Assembly (NCBI GenBank): GCA_047602425.1
Contig: JASGHG010000001.1
Span: 4,544,001 to 4,608,000, forward strand
Reading direction: 5' to 3'
DNA: 64,000 nucleotides
Source of the DNA: Nibricoccus sp.
GTDB taxonomy: Bacteria; Verrucomicrobiota; Verrucomicrobiia; Opitutales; Opitutaceae
The notes beneath the pieces were generated by a model. It did not search any database. It was not told the origin of the DNA and worked only from the letters and a program-made list of their open reading frames with translations. Each line of letters starts with the position of its first letter. Position 1 is the first letter of the stretch. The position numbers and the translations under genes are program-made. Below are positions 1 to 11,289 of the stretch, piece after piece.

Positions 1-141
1 AAGCCCGGTTCAGGTCCGGTGATCCGCGGTCAGGTTTCGGGCACGCGCGGTATGGCTTCGGGCCTGCACGGTAGGGGGCCAGGGAGGTGTTTTGTACCGG
101 GTTGTGGGTAACACATGTACCGCTAGTGAGGTAACACTTTT

Positions 142-183
142 CAACTCATGGAAGAAGGGCCATGGCCCTTCTTCCATGAGTTG
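142..183. promoter_or_regulatory. Perfect 42-bp palindrome overlapping the transposase start codon
   Basis: CAACTCATGGAAGAAGGGCCATGGCCCTTCTTCCATGAGTTG equals its own reverse complement; ATG 176-178 lies in the right arm. Confidence 0.85.
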
Positions 184-1357
184 GGACAACAAAAATACAA
201 TCGCGCGACGGCACGAGTTTGTGACGTTCGCGCTTGCGGGCTCGATCAGTATGGTGGCCTTGTGTGAGCGTTTTGGCGTCAGTCGCAAAACCGGTTACAA
301 GTGGTTGAGGCGTTTCCATGCACAAGGGCCCGCTGGCCTGGAAGACCGGCAGCGTGCACGCGTACGTCGCAGCAACCAGACCTCATGTTCGGTGGAGACG
401 CGTGTGGTGAAGCTGCGCACGAAGCATCCTACCTGGGGAGCGCGCAAACTACATCGCAGGCTCTGCGATCTGGGCCACACTTGCATGCCGGCGGTGAGTA
501 CCTTCGCACGCATTCTTCGCCGGCGTGGGTGCATTCACCCGCGCCACAGTGCCGCACACCAGCCGATGCAGTGTTTTGCCAGAGCCGAGCCCAATCAACT
601 CTGGCAAATGGACTTCAAGGGCCACTTTGCCATGCAGCGCGGTGGCCGCCGCCATCCGCTCACGGTGCTCGACGACCACTCCCGCTTTTCCGTTGGGCTT
701 GAAGCGTGTGCCAACGAGCAGACGGTGTGCGTGCGTGAGCGCTTGGAGCGCATCTTCACCTGCTACGGCCTGCCCGAACAGATCCTTTGCGACAACGGCC
801 CTCCTTGGGGCGGAACAGGGCCGGAGTTCACCCAGCTCAGCGTCTGGTTGCTGCGCCTGGGCGTGGAGGTCATCCACGGCAGGCCGTTTCATCCTCAGAC
901 CCAGGGCAAAGACGAACGTTTCCACCGCACCCTCAAGGCCGATCTTCTGGACCGCCTCGACTGGCGCGACCTCGCCCAGGCACAGCGACGCTTCGATGCG
1001 TACCGCCATCTCTACAATTATGACCGTCCACATGAAGCGCTTGATCTGGCCGTGCCAGCCTCCCGCTATCGCCCCAGTTCCCGCCGAATGCCAGCCAGGC
1101 TTCCCATCGCGCAGTATGAAGCCTCGGAGCTGGTCCACCTGGTGAAATCCAAGGGCGAGATCACCTTCCAAAACCGTTTCTTCTTCATCGGCCAGGCTTT
1201 CATCGGACTGCCTGTGGCGCTGCGACCCTGCGCAGCCCACGGCATTTATCGGGTCTGCTACGCCGCATTTACTCTCGGCCTTATCGATCTATCAAAACCA
1301 ACCAATCTTCCCAAAGGCTGCTACCATCCCCTGCTTCGGCCTACTCATACACTGTAA
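176..1357 (+). CDS. IS481-family transposase (HTH + rve/DDE integrase core)
   Basis: Likely start ATG 176 (MSWDN...). Motifs LCERFGVSRKTGYKW, WQMDFKG, VLDDHSRF, CDNGPPWG, HPQTQGKDERFHRTLK, YNYDRPHEAL. Confidence 0.93.
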   Translation: MSWDNKNTIARRHEFVTFALAGSISMVALCERFGVSRKTGYKWLRRFHAQGPAGLEDRQRARVRRSNQTSCSVETRVVKLRTKHPTWGARKLHRRLCDLGHTCMPAVSTFARILRRRGCIHPRHSAAHQPMQCFARAEPNQLWQMDFKGHFAMQRGGRRHPLTVLDDHSRFSVGLEACANEQTVCVRERLERIFTCYGLPEQILCDNGPPWGGTGPEFTQLSVWLLRLGVEVIHGRPFHPQTQGKDERFHRTLKADLLDRLDWRDLAQAQRRFDAYRHLYNYDRPHEALDLAVPASRYRPSSRRMPARLPIAQYEASELVHLVKSKGEITFQNRFFFIGQAFIGLPVALRPCAAHGIYRVCYAAFTLGLIDLSKPTNLPKGCYHPLLRPTHTL

Positions 1358-1527
1358 CCCCATTAGCGGTTCATCTGTTACCCTTGACCCGAGTCTATAC
1401 AGGAGGGGCGGTACGCCTCCGGCGGGCGGCGGAAGCCTTCGGCTTGGGACGGTGGGTCGCGGGGTGCTCTAATGTAATGGCGGATTATGGCGTGGTTTGG
1501 GGCGCGGCGGGGTTTATCTAGGACGTT

Positions 1528-2409
1528 ATGAAAAATCTACGTCTTGCGGTCATGGTAGCATTCTTAACTGGGGCGGTCGCTGGCCGCGTCTTTGCTGCGG
1601 AGGCGGCACCGGTTTATCCTCCGCATACGATTCCGAACTCGCAGCTGCGGGTGCTGCCAAAGAGCGCAACGGGACGCCAGTATCAACTGCATATCAGTCT
1701 GCCGGGCAACTATTCAAAAGATACAACGCAGCGTTATCCGGTCGTTTTTGTCACCGATGGCTATTGGGATTTCGGCAAGCTGGATGCGATCGCGGGCGGA
1801 CTCCGTTACGACAAATACGTCCCGGAGTTTATCATCGTGGGGCTCGGCTATCCGGGAGAAAACTTGAACTACGGGCAGTTGCGCAATTGGGAGCTCTCGC
1901 CCGTGCCGTCCAATAACGACCCGCAAAACACCGGTCATGCGGCGGATTTTTTGCGCACGCTGGAAACGGAAATCATCCCCTATATCGATCGCGAATTTCG
2001 CACCGACCCGGCGCATCGCGTGCTGGGCGGAGCTTCACTGGGCGGCTTATTTACGCTCTATGCGATGTACACCAAGCCGGAGCTGTTTTCCGGGTACATG
2101 GCCGTGACACCGGCCGTCAATGTGGGGAACGATTGGTTGCTTGGTTATGAGGAAAAGTTCGTTAAATCCGGTCGCGCCCCGAAGGGCCGCCTTTTCGTGA
2201 GCGTGGGCAGCAACGAGTGGCCGGGTTTCGTTGCGGCGATTTTGCGCTATAATTCGCGGGTATCCTCACGCAAACACCCGGATTTGGCCTATCAGTTTAA
2301 AGTCATCGAAGGTGCGCGGCATGCCGGTATGCAAATGGAGTCCTACGTGCGGGCACTCACCTTTATCTTCGCTCCACTGGCGCCGGAGAGCGGTCCGCTG
2401 TCGGACTAG
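1528..2409 (+). CDS. Secreted alpha/beta hydrolase (IroE/Fes-like esterase)
   Basis: N-terminal signal peptide; YPVVFVTDG, GASLGG nucleophile elbow, C-terminal His (GARH). Confidence 0.8.
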   Translation: MKNLRLAVMVAFLTGAVAGRVFAAEAAPVYPPHTIPNSQLRVLPKSATGRQYQLHISLPGNYSKDTTQRYPVVFVTDGYWDFGKLDAIAGGLRYDKYVPEFIIVGLGYPGENLNYGQLRNWELSPVPSNNDPQNTGHAADFLRTLETEIIPYIDREFRTDPAHRVLGGASLGGLFTLYAMYTKPELFSGYMAVTPAVNVGNDWLLGYEEKFVKSGRAPKGRLFVSVGSNEWPGFVAAILRYNSRVSSRKHPDLAYQFKVIEGARHAGMQMESYVRALTFIFAPLAPESGPLSD

Positions 2410-2463
2410 AGGCGTGTTTCTGCCGCGCTATTTATCGGCCGTGAAAAATCGACACGGTGCGAG

Positions 2464-3681
2464 CTACAGACGCTTGCCGCATTGCACGCAGAAATTGTTA
2501 TCCGAAACATTGGGACCACCACAATGGATGCAGAAGACGCGCAGGGCTTTTGGCGCAGGGGGCGGCAGCGGTGGTGGTTCAGGCTCAGGTTTTTTGTCCG
2601 CCTGAATTTGTGCGCGAGTCTTTAGATAGAGTTGCGGAGTGATTTTGTCGGTGAGCAGTAGATCGAGGTATTCCTTGAGCACTTTTTCGGTCGGGGTGCA
2701 TTCTTCGGCAGTTTTCTCGTTGATGAGCATGGCCTCGGTAAACTCCATGGAAGCGAGCTGGTTTTTCTGCCGCAGTTCCACGAGCCGGAGGCGCCGGCCT
2801 TGCATTTCCTCCAGTTTCTTTTGCGCGGCATTGCTGAGTTCCTGCGCTCTCAGTTTAACCCGTTCGGAATCCACCGTAAGGATGATGTCGCGCGTCAACG
2901 ATTCGCAAATCATGGTGGGATCCTGTGGTTCCTTGCCGAGCAGTTTGACCGTGCGAGGCACCTCTCGTTGAAGATAGTTTACGACCTCCTGGATGGAGAC
3001 GTAACCATCGGTGTTGCCATCGGCCTTGCCGGAAAGCGCCTCAAGGAGGTGGTACGTGAAAATGCCGTGCTGAAGTTTCTCGTCCTCCCAGGAGCGCTGG
3101 TCGGGTTTGGCGGCGGCAATCACCACACGGCCTTCACCCTCGGCGAAACGTTCATATTTTGGCGCCGCCACCACGGCAAGATCGCGCCCTCCGGCTTTGG
3201 CGACGCCAGTGGAATGGCAGGCGTCGAGAAACATGACCAGACGCTGGGCTTTGAGCGTACGGACTAGTTTTTCAAAATCGTTTTGAGAGAGGCTGGTTGA
3301 CGCCATGTCCTCGGGGTCGGCGTCCCACGGTAGAAAATAGTAGGCTTGTTTTTCGGCGATCGATTCGCACTTGTCCTGTTCCTGACCGCCATGACCGGCG
3401 AAAAAAATCATCACGGTCGAGTCAGGCATAACCTGACTGTAGAGCCATTTGTTCACCGCCTTGCGGATCTGGGTATGGGTCGCTTCTTCGTCGATCAGCA
3501 GCTTCACATTTTCTTTGGGGAAGCCGGAGCGCCGCGGATCGGTTAACAGATCGTAGAAGGCGCGTGCGTCGGCGTGGGTGTATTTCAACGTTGGGATGCG
3601 GCTGTCTTGATACGTGCCGATGCCCACGATGAGGGCGAAAGCCTTGTCGCCGCGAACGGCAGTGGTCTCGGATAGGCTCAT
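2464..3681 (-). CDS. Caspase-family (peptidase C14, ortho/metacaspase) protease with C-terminal zinc ribbon
   Basis: ALIVGIGTY, FFAGHG (catalytic His), FLDACHS (catalytic Cys), HGIFTYHLLEALSG; C-terminal CIHC...CVQCG. Confidence 0.92.
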   Translation of the reverse strand: MSLSETTAVRGDKAFALIVGIGTYQDSRIPTLKYTHADARAFYDLLTDPRRSGFPKENVKLLIDEEATHTQIRKAVNKWLYSQVMPDSTVMIFFAGHGGQEQDKCESIAEKQAYYFLPWDADPEDMASTSLSQNDFEKLVRTLKAQRLVMFLDACHSTGVAKAGGRDLAVVAAPKYERFAEGEGRVVIAAAKPDQRSWEDEKLQHGIFTYHLLEALSGKADGNTDGYVSIQEVVNYLQREVPRTVKLLGKEPQDPTMICESLTRDIILTVDSERVKLRAQELSNAAQKKLEEMQGRRLRLVELRQKNQLASMEFTEAMLINEKTAEECTPTEKVLKEYLDLLLTDKITPQLYLKTRAQIQADKKPEPEPPPLPPPAPKALRVFCIHCGGPNVSDNNFCVQCGKRL

Positions 3682-3715
3682 GCGGATGGGACGGGTTCGC
3701 GGCGATCGTTTTTGG

Positions 3716-4036
3716 CTAGCTTTGCGAGTACAGATACCAAAGAACGGCGGCGCCGAGGCCGATATAGAGCCACAGCTTGCCGACCTTCTTCTTCGCCGGG
3801 CTCTGGCTGTTCATGTAGACTGCCCCCATGACGATTCCGAGCAGCGGAAACACACCGGAACCAACCGCGATACCTAACTTGAGGCCGTCGGAAACCGTTT
3901 CCTCGGACGCGGCGGCTGGTTCAACTGAGCGAAAAGGCGGCGGCACGGGCGGGGTGGTCTGAGCGAGGCGCTCGCCACATTTGCCACAGAACTTGGCCTC
4001 GGGCGGATTAACCGAATTGCATTTGGCGCATTGCAT
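3716..4036 (-). CDS. Zinc-ribbon membrane protein
   Basis: Start ATG 4036 (MQCAKC...FCGKCG), Pro-rich linker, two hydrophobic helices. Confidence 0.8.
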   Translation of the reverse strand: MQCAKCNSVNPPEAKFCGKCGERLAQTTPPVPPPFRSVEPAAASEETVSDGLKLGIAVGSGVFPLLGIVMGAVYMNSQSPAKKKVGKLWLYIGLGAAVLWYLYSQS

Positions 4037-4062
4037 GGGGGTTGTTGGCGTTAATGTCTGGT

Positions 4063-4854
4063 TTAGGTGACGAGAAATTCGCAGGTGTCCTCGGTCCACT
4101 CGGTCCTGGGCACGGAGGATATTTTTTTCTCGATCACACGTATGTCGCGCGCGCCCGTGGTGGCGTCGACCGTGCGGAAGAGGGAGCCATCGAGGGCAAA
4201 ATGTGATTCCAGCAGCGCAACCTTCTTCAAGGTGGCCACCGCCTTGAGTTTTTCCGTGCCGATGGGGCCTTGGAGTTCGTATTCGAATTCACTGTCCGAT
4301 TCGGGAATGCGGTATTCCCGGCCGGCTTGGACGAAGTTTTCGGAATGGTGTGCGTTGGGGAACAGCACGGTGAGTTTGCCGCTCGTGCCGATGTTGAGCA
4401 GCGTGAGATAGCAATTTTGGCTGGCGCGAAAACCGACGACGATTTTCTGGCCCGTGCGATAACTGGCTTTCTTGTTTTTCGATTTTACGGCGACGTCGCG
4501 CCCCCCGTCGTGGGGCAAAGGCGCGGTCCAGAGATCGACTTTAAAGCCGTTGGTCGGACTGTCCACGGGCTGGGATTTTTCCGAAGCCGAACGACTCGCG
4601 GCCGGCGCATGTTTTTTCGCTCTGCCTTTCTGCTCGAAAAATAAATAGCTGCCCAAGGCCACGACGAAAACGAACAAGATCGACAGCACAAGCGGGAGCG
4701 AACCGTTGCTTATTTTCCACGCCCCGACCAAAACCACCAAACCCGCGGTGCCGAACAGCAACGCCTGGCTCGCCAGTTTTTGAACGATCAATTTCAGCAC
4801 GCTGCCATCGTCGGCTGGCTCGTCCTCGGGCTCGTTCTTTTCAGAAGTACTCAT
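4063..4854 (-). CDS. Membrane-anchored DUF4384-like domain protein
   Basis: Two N-terminal TM segments; YRTGQKIVVGFRASQNCYLTLLNIGTSGKLTVLFPN...GREYRIP...GPIGTEKLKAVAT pattern typical of DUF4384. Confidence 0.8.
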   Translation of the reverse strand: MSTSEKNEPEDEPADDGSVLKLIVQKLASQALLFGTAGLVVLVGAWKISNGSLPLVLSILFVFVVALGSYLFFEQKGRAKKHAPAASRSASEKSQPVDSPTNGFKVDLWTAPLPHDGGRDVAVKSKNKKASYRTGQKIVVGFRASQNCYLTLLNIGTSGKLTVLFPNAHHSENFVQAGREYRIPESDSEFEYELQGPIGTEKLKAVATLKKVALLESHFALDGSLFRTVDATTGARDIRVIEKKISSVPRTEWTEDTCEFLVT

Positions 4855-5164
4855 TTGGCGCTGCAGCGAGATGGGGTTTGCTCCAACAGACCTAATTTAC
4901 CGGGTAAGAAACCAACATATTGGACCAGCGCAAATGCCGGACCGTATTTTTAATGAGAAACCCTGCGGTTATGAAACCGCTTCACTCCGCATAGCGACTG
5001 CGCGCCAATAAATGCAAATGACTGACGGCCAATTGGTCTGCCCAAGCATGATTATGCCTATGAATTGAGATGTCCGATTGGCGGGACCTGCTTCGTCGTT
5101 TGATTAAAACAAAATTAGAAATTCCGTATTTCGACTCCCTCCGCCCCAATTCCAAAAATCCGCC

Positions 5165-5827
5165 ATGAGCCAAACATCTCAGCCCAAACTTCGCGTCAAC
5201 TGCTTCGGTCTTTCCCTCGACGGCTACGGGGCCGGCCCAAATCAAAGCTTGGAGAATCCGCTGGGTAAAGGTGGCACCGGCATGCACGAGTGGTTTTTCC
5301 CGACGCGCACCTTTCAACGCACGGTACTTGGAAATGATTCGGCTGGCGCGACGGGCATCGACGAAGATTTTGCGGCGCGCGGCATGGCGGGACTTGGTGC
5401 GTGGATTCTCGGCAGAAATATGTTTAGCCCGTTTCGCGGCGCGTGGTCGGACGACAAGTGGAAAGGCTGGTGGGGCGACAATCCGCCGTATCATGTGCCG
5501 GTGTTTGTGCTCACGCATCACCCGCGCGCCTCAATCGAGATGGCCGGCGGCACGACCTTTCACTTTGTAACCGAAGGAATCCACGCCGCACTCGACCGCG
5601 CGAAGGAAGCGGCCAAGGGCAAAGACATTCGAATCGGTGGTGGCGTGGCGACGATCCGGCAGTATCTCCAAGCCGGCTTGATCGACGAAATGCACCTGGC
5701 GATTTCGCCGGTGTTGCTTGGTTCGGGCGAGCATTTGTTCAACGGCATCGACCTGCTCAAACTCGGCTACCGCTGCACCGAACACGTGGCTGCAGAAAAA
5801 GCGACGCACGTTGTGCTAACGAAATGA
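5165..5827 (+). CDS. Dihydrofolate reductase/RibD C-terminal domain family protein
   Basis: SLDGYGAG, ILGRNMF, PVFVLTH, IGGG, GLIDEMHLAISPVLLGSG. Confidence 0.88.
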   Translation: MSQTSQPKLRVNCFGLSLDGYGAGPNQSLENPLGKGGTGMHEWFFPTRTFQRTVLGNDSAGATGIDEDFAARGMAGLGAWILGRNMFSPFRGAWSDDKWKGWWGDNPPYHVPVFVLTHHPRASIEMAGGTTFHFVTEGIHAALDRAKEAAKGKDIRIGGGVATIRQYLQAGLIDEMHLAISPVLLGSGEHLFNGIDLLKLGYRCTEHVAAEKATHVVLTK

Positions 5828-5978
5828 GGGAGGATAGGTCGGCGATTGGCTAGGGCCGGAACGCATGCTTCGCTGTGCGGCGCTTTTTACTCTAGAACAG
5901 ACATCGGGAGGCGCGGAATTCACCTCGTTTTCATGACGACTTCATCGTGTCTTCACAAAGGTGTGGGAGGCTGACCGC

Positions 5979-6542
5979 ATGATGACTAAAAAAAGCCTTC
6001 TCACCATTCTGCTGGTGCCTTCGTTTTTGTTGCTCATTCCCTTGGTCGCGAATCAAACGGTCGACGGCTTCAATTGGAATCCGGGCGCGTTCATTTTCCT
6101 TTGGGTTTTATTGGTGGGCATCGGTCTCGCGTATAAACTCGTGACCAACAAAACGGGTAGCGTCGCCCACCGCGTCGCGACCGGCCTTGCACTGGCGACG
6201 GCGTTCATGGTGTTCTGGGGCAATCTGGCCGTGGGCTTCGTCGGGAGTGAAGATAACCCGGCTAATTTGATGTATGGCGGAGTGCTCGCCATCGGACTAA
6301 TCGGCGCTGCGATCGCACGTTTTTCGTCGGCGGGCATGGCACAGACGATGGCTGCGATGGCATGTGGCCAATTTTTGGTCCCCATCGTTGCGCTCCTCGT
6401 CCGGCCACACGATTTCAGCCCGGGCGTTGCACAGGTCTTTGCGCTGAATTTTGTCTTTGTCTTATTGTTCGGTGTCTCGGCTTGGTTGTTCCGGTACGCC
6501 AGCCACAGACCACGCAAAGCGGACGGGCCGATGACGGCGTGA
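5979..6542 (+). CDS. Hypothetical multi-pass membrane protein
   Basis: GGAGG RBS at 5966-5970; about six hydrophobic segments; NLAVGFVGSEDNPANLMY motif. Confidence 0.75.
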   Translation: MMTKKSLLTILLVPSFLLLIPLVANQTVDGFNWNPGAFIFLWVLLVGIGLAYKLVTNKTGSVAHRVATGLALATAFMVFWGNLAVGFVGSEDNPANLMYGGVLAIGLIGAAIARFSSAGMAQTMAAMACGQFLVPIVALLVRPHDFSPGVAQVFALNFVFVLLFGVSAWLFRYASHRPRKADGPMTA

Positions 6543-6562
6543 GCGCTTCCGCCGAGGCAAAC

Positions 6563-7756
6563 TTACGGTGCTTTTTCCTGAACGGGGGTTGAGGAAATCA
6601 GGCCGAATTCTTTGAGCAACGCGTAGAAAATATCGGTGCAGTTGGAGCCGTCGCCACGGCCGTGATTCATCACGATGACGGTTCCCCAATTCGTCTCGGG
6701 GACAAACCACATGTTGGCGCGCGCGTAGCCGGAGTAGCCGCCGTGGAAAATGCTGCGCTCGATCACGCGGCCGCGGGCGTCTCGTCGGGTTTCGATTTCC
6801 CAGCCTAGGGCGAAGCGTCGGTTGGCGACTTGGGAGTGCAGGTGTTGAAAGGACTCGCGCCGCAAGAGGGCATGGCCCGCGTGCTCGCCCTGGTTGTGGA
6901 AATCGAGATAACGAAGCAGGTCCGGCACCGAGCAAGACAGGAACCCACCGGGAGAGCCAAAGGGCGGGGAGCCGTACTTGGCGGGGTCGACGCTCGCGCG
7001 ACGGTTTTTCCCAAACCAGCCGTCCTCGTGCCCGGCGATTTTCGGAGCGGCGCCGTATTGCAAAGAGTCGAGGCCGAGCGGTTGAAACAACCGTGACTGC
7101 GCGAGTGCTTCCAGCGGTTTTCCGGCGGCGCGTTCGAGGATGCTGCCGGCAATGACGTAGCCATCGTTGCAGTAATATTCGTCGGTGCCGGGCGGATAAC
7201 GAGGCGGTTTTTGGAGCGCGGTCGCGACAAACAGCAGGCGTTGTTTGCTGGCGGGTTTACCGGTGTGTTGCTGGTTCCATTCCATCCAGCGGTCGTTGCG
7301 GTCCATGATGCGATCCAGGCCCGAGCGGTGGCGCAGCAATTGTTCGAGCGTCACGCTGGCGTAGCAGGGCAGCATCGATGTTTTGAGTTCCGGAAAAGCC
7401 TCGGCGAGCGTGGTGTTCCAACGGATTTTTCCGTCCTCAACCAGCATGGCGGCGAGGGTCGCGGTGACCGACTTCGAGCACGACGCGATGTCGAACGCGT
7501 CGTCAAGGGTCGCCCAATCGCCCGAGTCGACAACGCGTTCGCCCGCCACGCCGAGGCCCACGATTTTTCCGCCGTGAATTATCCCGATGCCGAGCGCGGG
7601 CAGGTTGTGTTTTTTGCGCAGCGTTTCCGTCAGTTGGTAGAGGTCGCGAGCTTCCGGATAACGTTCGACTCCTATGGTGCGCCCGGGATGGTTAGCTTTG
7701 CCGGCGCAGGCCACAAACATCAGGAAAAGTCCGATGAGAAAAACGGGGTATTTCAT
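6563..7756 (-). CDS. Serine hydrolase, beta-lactamase class C/AmpC-like family, probable lipoprotein
   Basis: Start ATG 7756; lipobox-like FVAC; SxxK (SCSK), LLRHRSGL, YxN (YCN), HGG. Confidence 0.85.
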   Translation of the reverse strand: MKYPVFLIGLFLMFVACAGKANHPGRTIGVERYPEARDLYQLTETLRKKHNLPALGIGIIHGGKIVGLGVAGERVVDSGDWATLDDAFDIASCSKSVTATLAAMLVEDGKIRWNTTLAEAFPELKTSMLPCYASVTLEQLLRHRSGLDRIMDRNDRWMEWNQQHTGKPASKQRLLFVATALQKPPRYPPGTDEYYCNDGYVIAGSILERAAGKPLEALAQSRLFQPLGLDSLQYGAAPKIAGHEDGWFGKNRRASVDPAKYGSPPFGSPGGFLSCSVPDLLRYLDFHNQGEHAGHALLRRESFQHLHSQVANRRFALGWEIETRRDARGRVIERSIFHGGYSGYARANMWFVPETNWGTVIVMNHGRGDGSNCTDIFYALLKEFGLISSTPVQEKAP

Positions 7757-7825
7757 AAGGAGGAGCGATCGGGCCGAGGAGCAGATCCAGTTGAAACGGG
7801 TCTGTCGTGGCAACTCATTCCAATC

Positions 7826-8188
7826 ATGATTAACTATAAAGAAATCGCATTCACGGCCTACGCGGTGACTAATATGCGGAAGGCGCGGAAGTTTTATGAG
7901 GGCGTGCTCGGCCTGAAGCCGGCCCGCGAAATGGGCAAGAATTTCGTCGAATACGACATCGGCCAGGGGACAATCTCGGTCGGTTGCGCGCCGAAAATGT
8001 GGCCGCCGTCAAAAAAGGGAACGACCGCGGCGCTCGAGGTCACCGACTTTGAAGAAGCGCTCGAACATCTGAAAAAGAAGAAAATCAAGCCGGCGCTCGG
8101 GCCGCTGGATTTTCCTTCTTGCAGAATGGTCGGCGTGCGCGATCCCGATGGCAACATGATCGTGTTGCACAAGCGGAAAAAGAAATAG
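7826..8188 (+). CDS. VOC/glyoxalase family protein
   Basis: Start ATG 7826; KARKFYEGVLGL, ALEVTDFE, RDPDGNMIVLH. Confidence 0.85.
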   Translation: MINYKEIAFTAYAVTNMRKARKFYEGVLGLKPAREMGKNFVEYDIGQGTISVGCAPKMWPPSKKGTTAALEVTDFEEALEHLKKKKIKPALGPLDFPSCRMVGVRDPDGNMIVLHKRKKK

Positions 8189-8236
8189 CGTCCTCGGCGG
8201 CGGGACGAACTCTAGAGGGCCGGGCCGGAACGCAGG

Positions 8237-10516
<2,280 letters not shown>

Positions 10517-10674
10517 TTAGGCTAGCGGTTGGCGCCCCGCGGTCAAAAGCAAAGACCACATGGAAGGCGTTAGCATGTTTGTTGATGCGAAACGCGTTTT
10601 GCTAACAGTATTGCTTTTTCTGGCGCGACGGACGGAGGCGTTTCGAATTTCGCTGAAAGACGAAGGCGGCGCGA

Positions 10675-11280
10675 TTAACCGAGGTCGTTGTCGGCGTTGA
10701 TGGCCTCGCTTTCGACCGAAAGAGCCAGTGTGCGTGCAACTTCCTCAGGTGCGGAAAGCAGAATTTTCGCGCCGGTGTCCCCGGAAAGTTTTTCAAGTTT
10801 GGAACGCAAGTCGGCCACCAAGGCGACCGGATGGCCGCGAAGCCCATGGTGAACCGGGATGATATTCTTCGCGCAGCCATGCTCGACAAAAGCGAGCGCC
10901 ACTTGGCTAACGATCGCCACGCTCATGTCTGGCAAATCGCCCGGACAAACGAGAAAGCCCTGGCAGGTTTGAGAGGCCGCCTGGACGCCAGCCGCGAGCG
11001 AATTTCCCATCCCGGACGCAAAACTGGGAGCATAAACCGTGTGTAGGGAAAGTCCGGATACAGCTTCCGCGACAGCGTCATGTTGATGGCCGGTTACGAC
11101 GATGACTTCCTGCAAACCAGCCGCCGCGAAAGCGGCCGCCACACAACGCACCACAGGAGTTCCATCGCGACCGGGCAGAAGAAGTTTGTTGTAAGGGGCG
11201 GCGCGACGGGACAAACCCGCGGCCAGAATAATTCCGGCCAGGCGCGGCGCTTTTTTTTCCAACTGAATGGATTGTGGCAT
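10675..11280 (-). CDS. Molybdenum cofactor cytidylyltransferase-like nucleotidyltransferase (MocA-like)
   Basis: ILAAGLSRR, NKLLL, GMGNSL, GDLP, RGHPV, GDTGAK; adjacent to xdhC-like gene. Confidence 0.85.
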   Translation of the reverse strand: MPQSIQLEKKAPRLAGIILAAGLSRRAAPYNKLLLPGRDGTPVVRCVAAAFAAAGLQEVIVVTGHQHDAVAEAVSGLSLHTVYAPSFASGMGNSLAAGVQAASQTCQGFLVCPGDLPDMSVAIVSQVALAFVEHGCAKNIIPVHHGLRGHPVALVADLRSKLEKLSGDTGAKILLSAPEEVARTLALSVESEAINADNDLG

Positions 11281-11289
11281 GGGAAACGG

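Larger units (their letters stand above)
88..1401 (+). mobile_element. IS481-family insertion sequence, apparently complete
   Basis: Begins TGT (88) and ends ACA (1401). Imperfect 50-bp terminal inverted repeats at 88-137 and 1352-1401 match at 36/50 positions by manual alignment. Flanked by 5-bp direct repeat GGAGG (83-87, 1402-1406). Encodes a DDE transposase. Confidence 0.92.

Noticed and set aside
4855..5164. Possible small RNA or ORF in the AT-rich spacer upstream of the caspase operon
   Set aside because: No convincing ORF or recognisable RNA structure; likely just divergent promoters.
7211..7825. N-terminal extension of the VOC ORF
   Set aside because: Antisense to the serine hydrolase; the VOC domain starts at ATG 7826.
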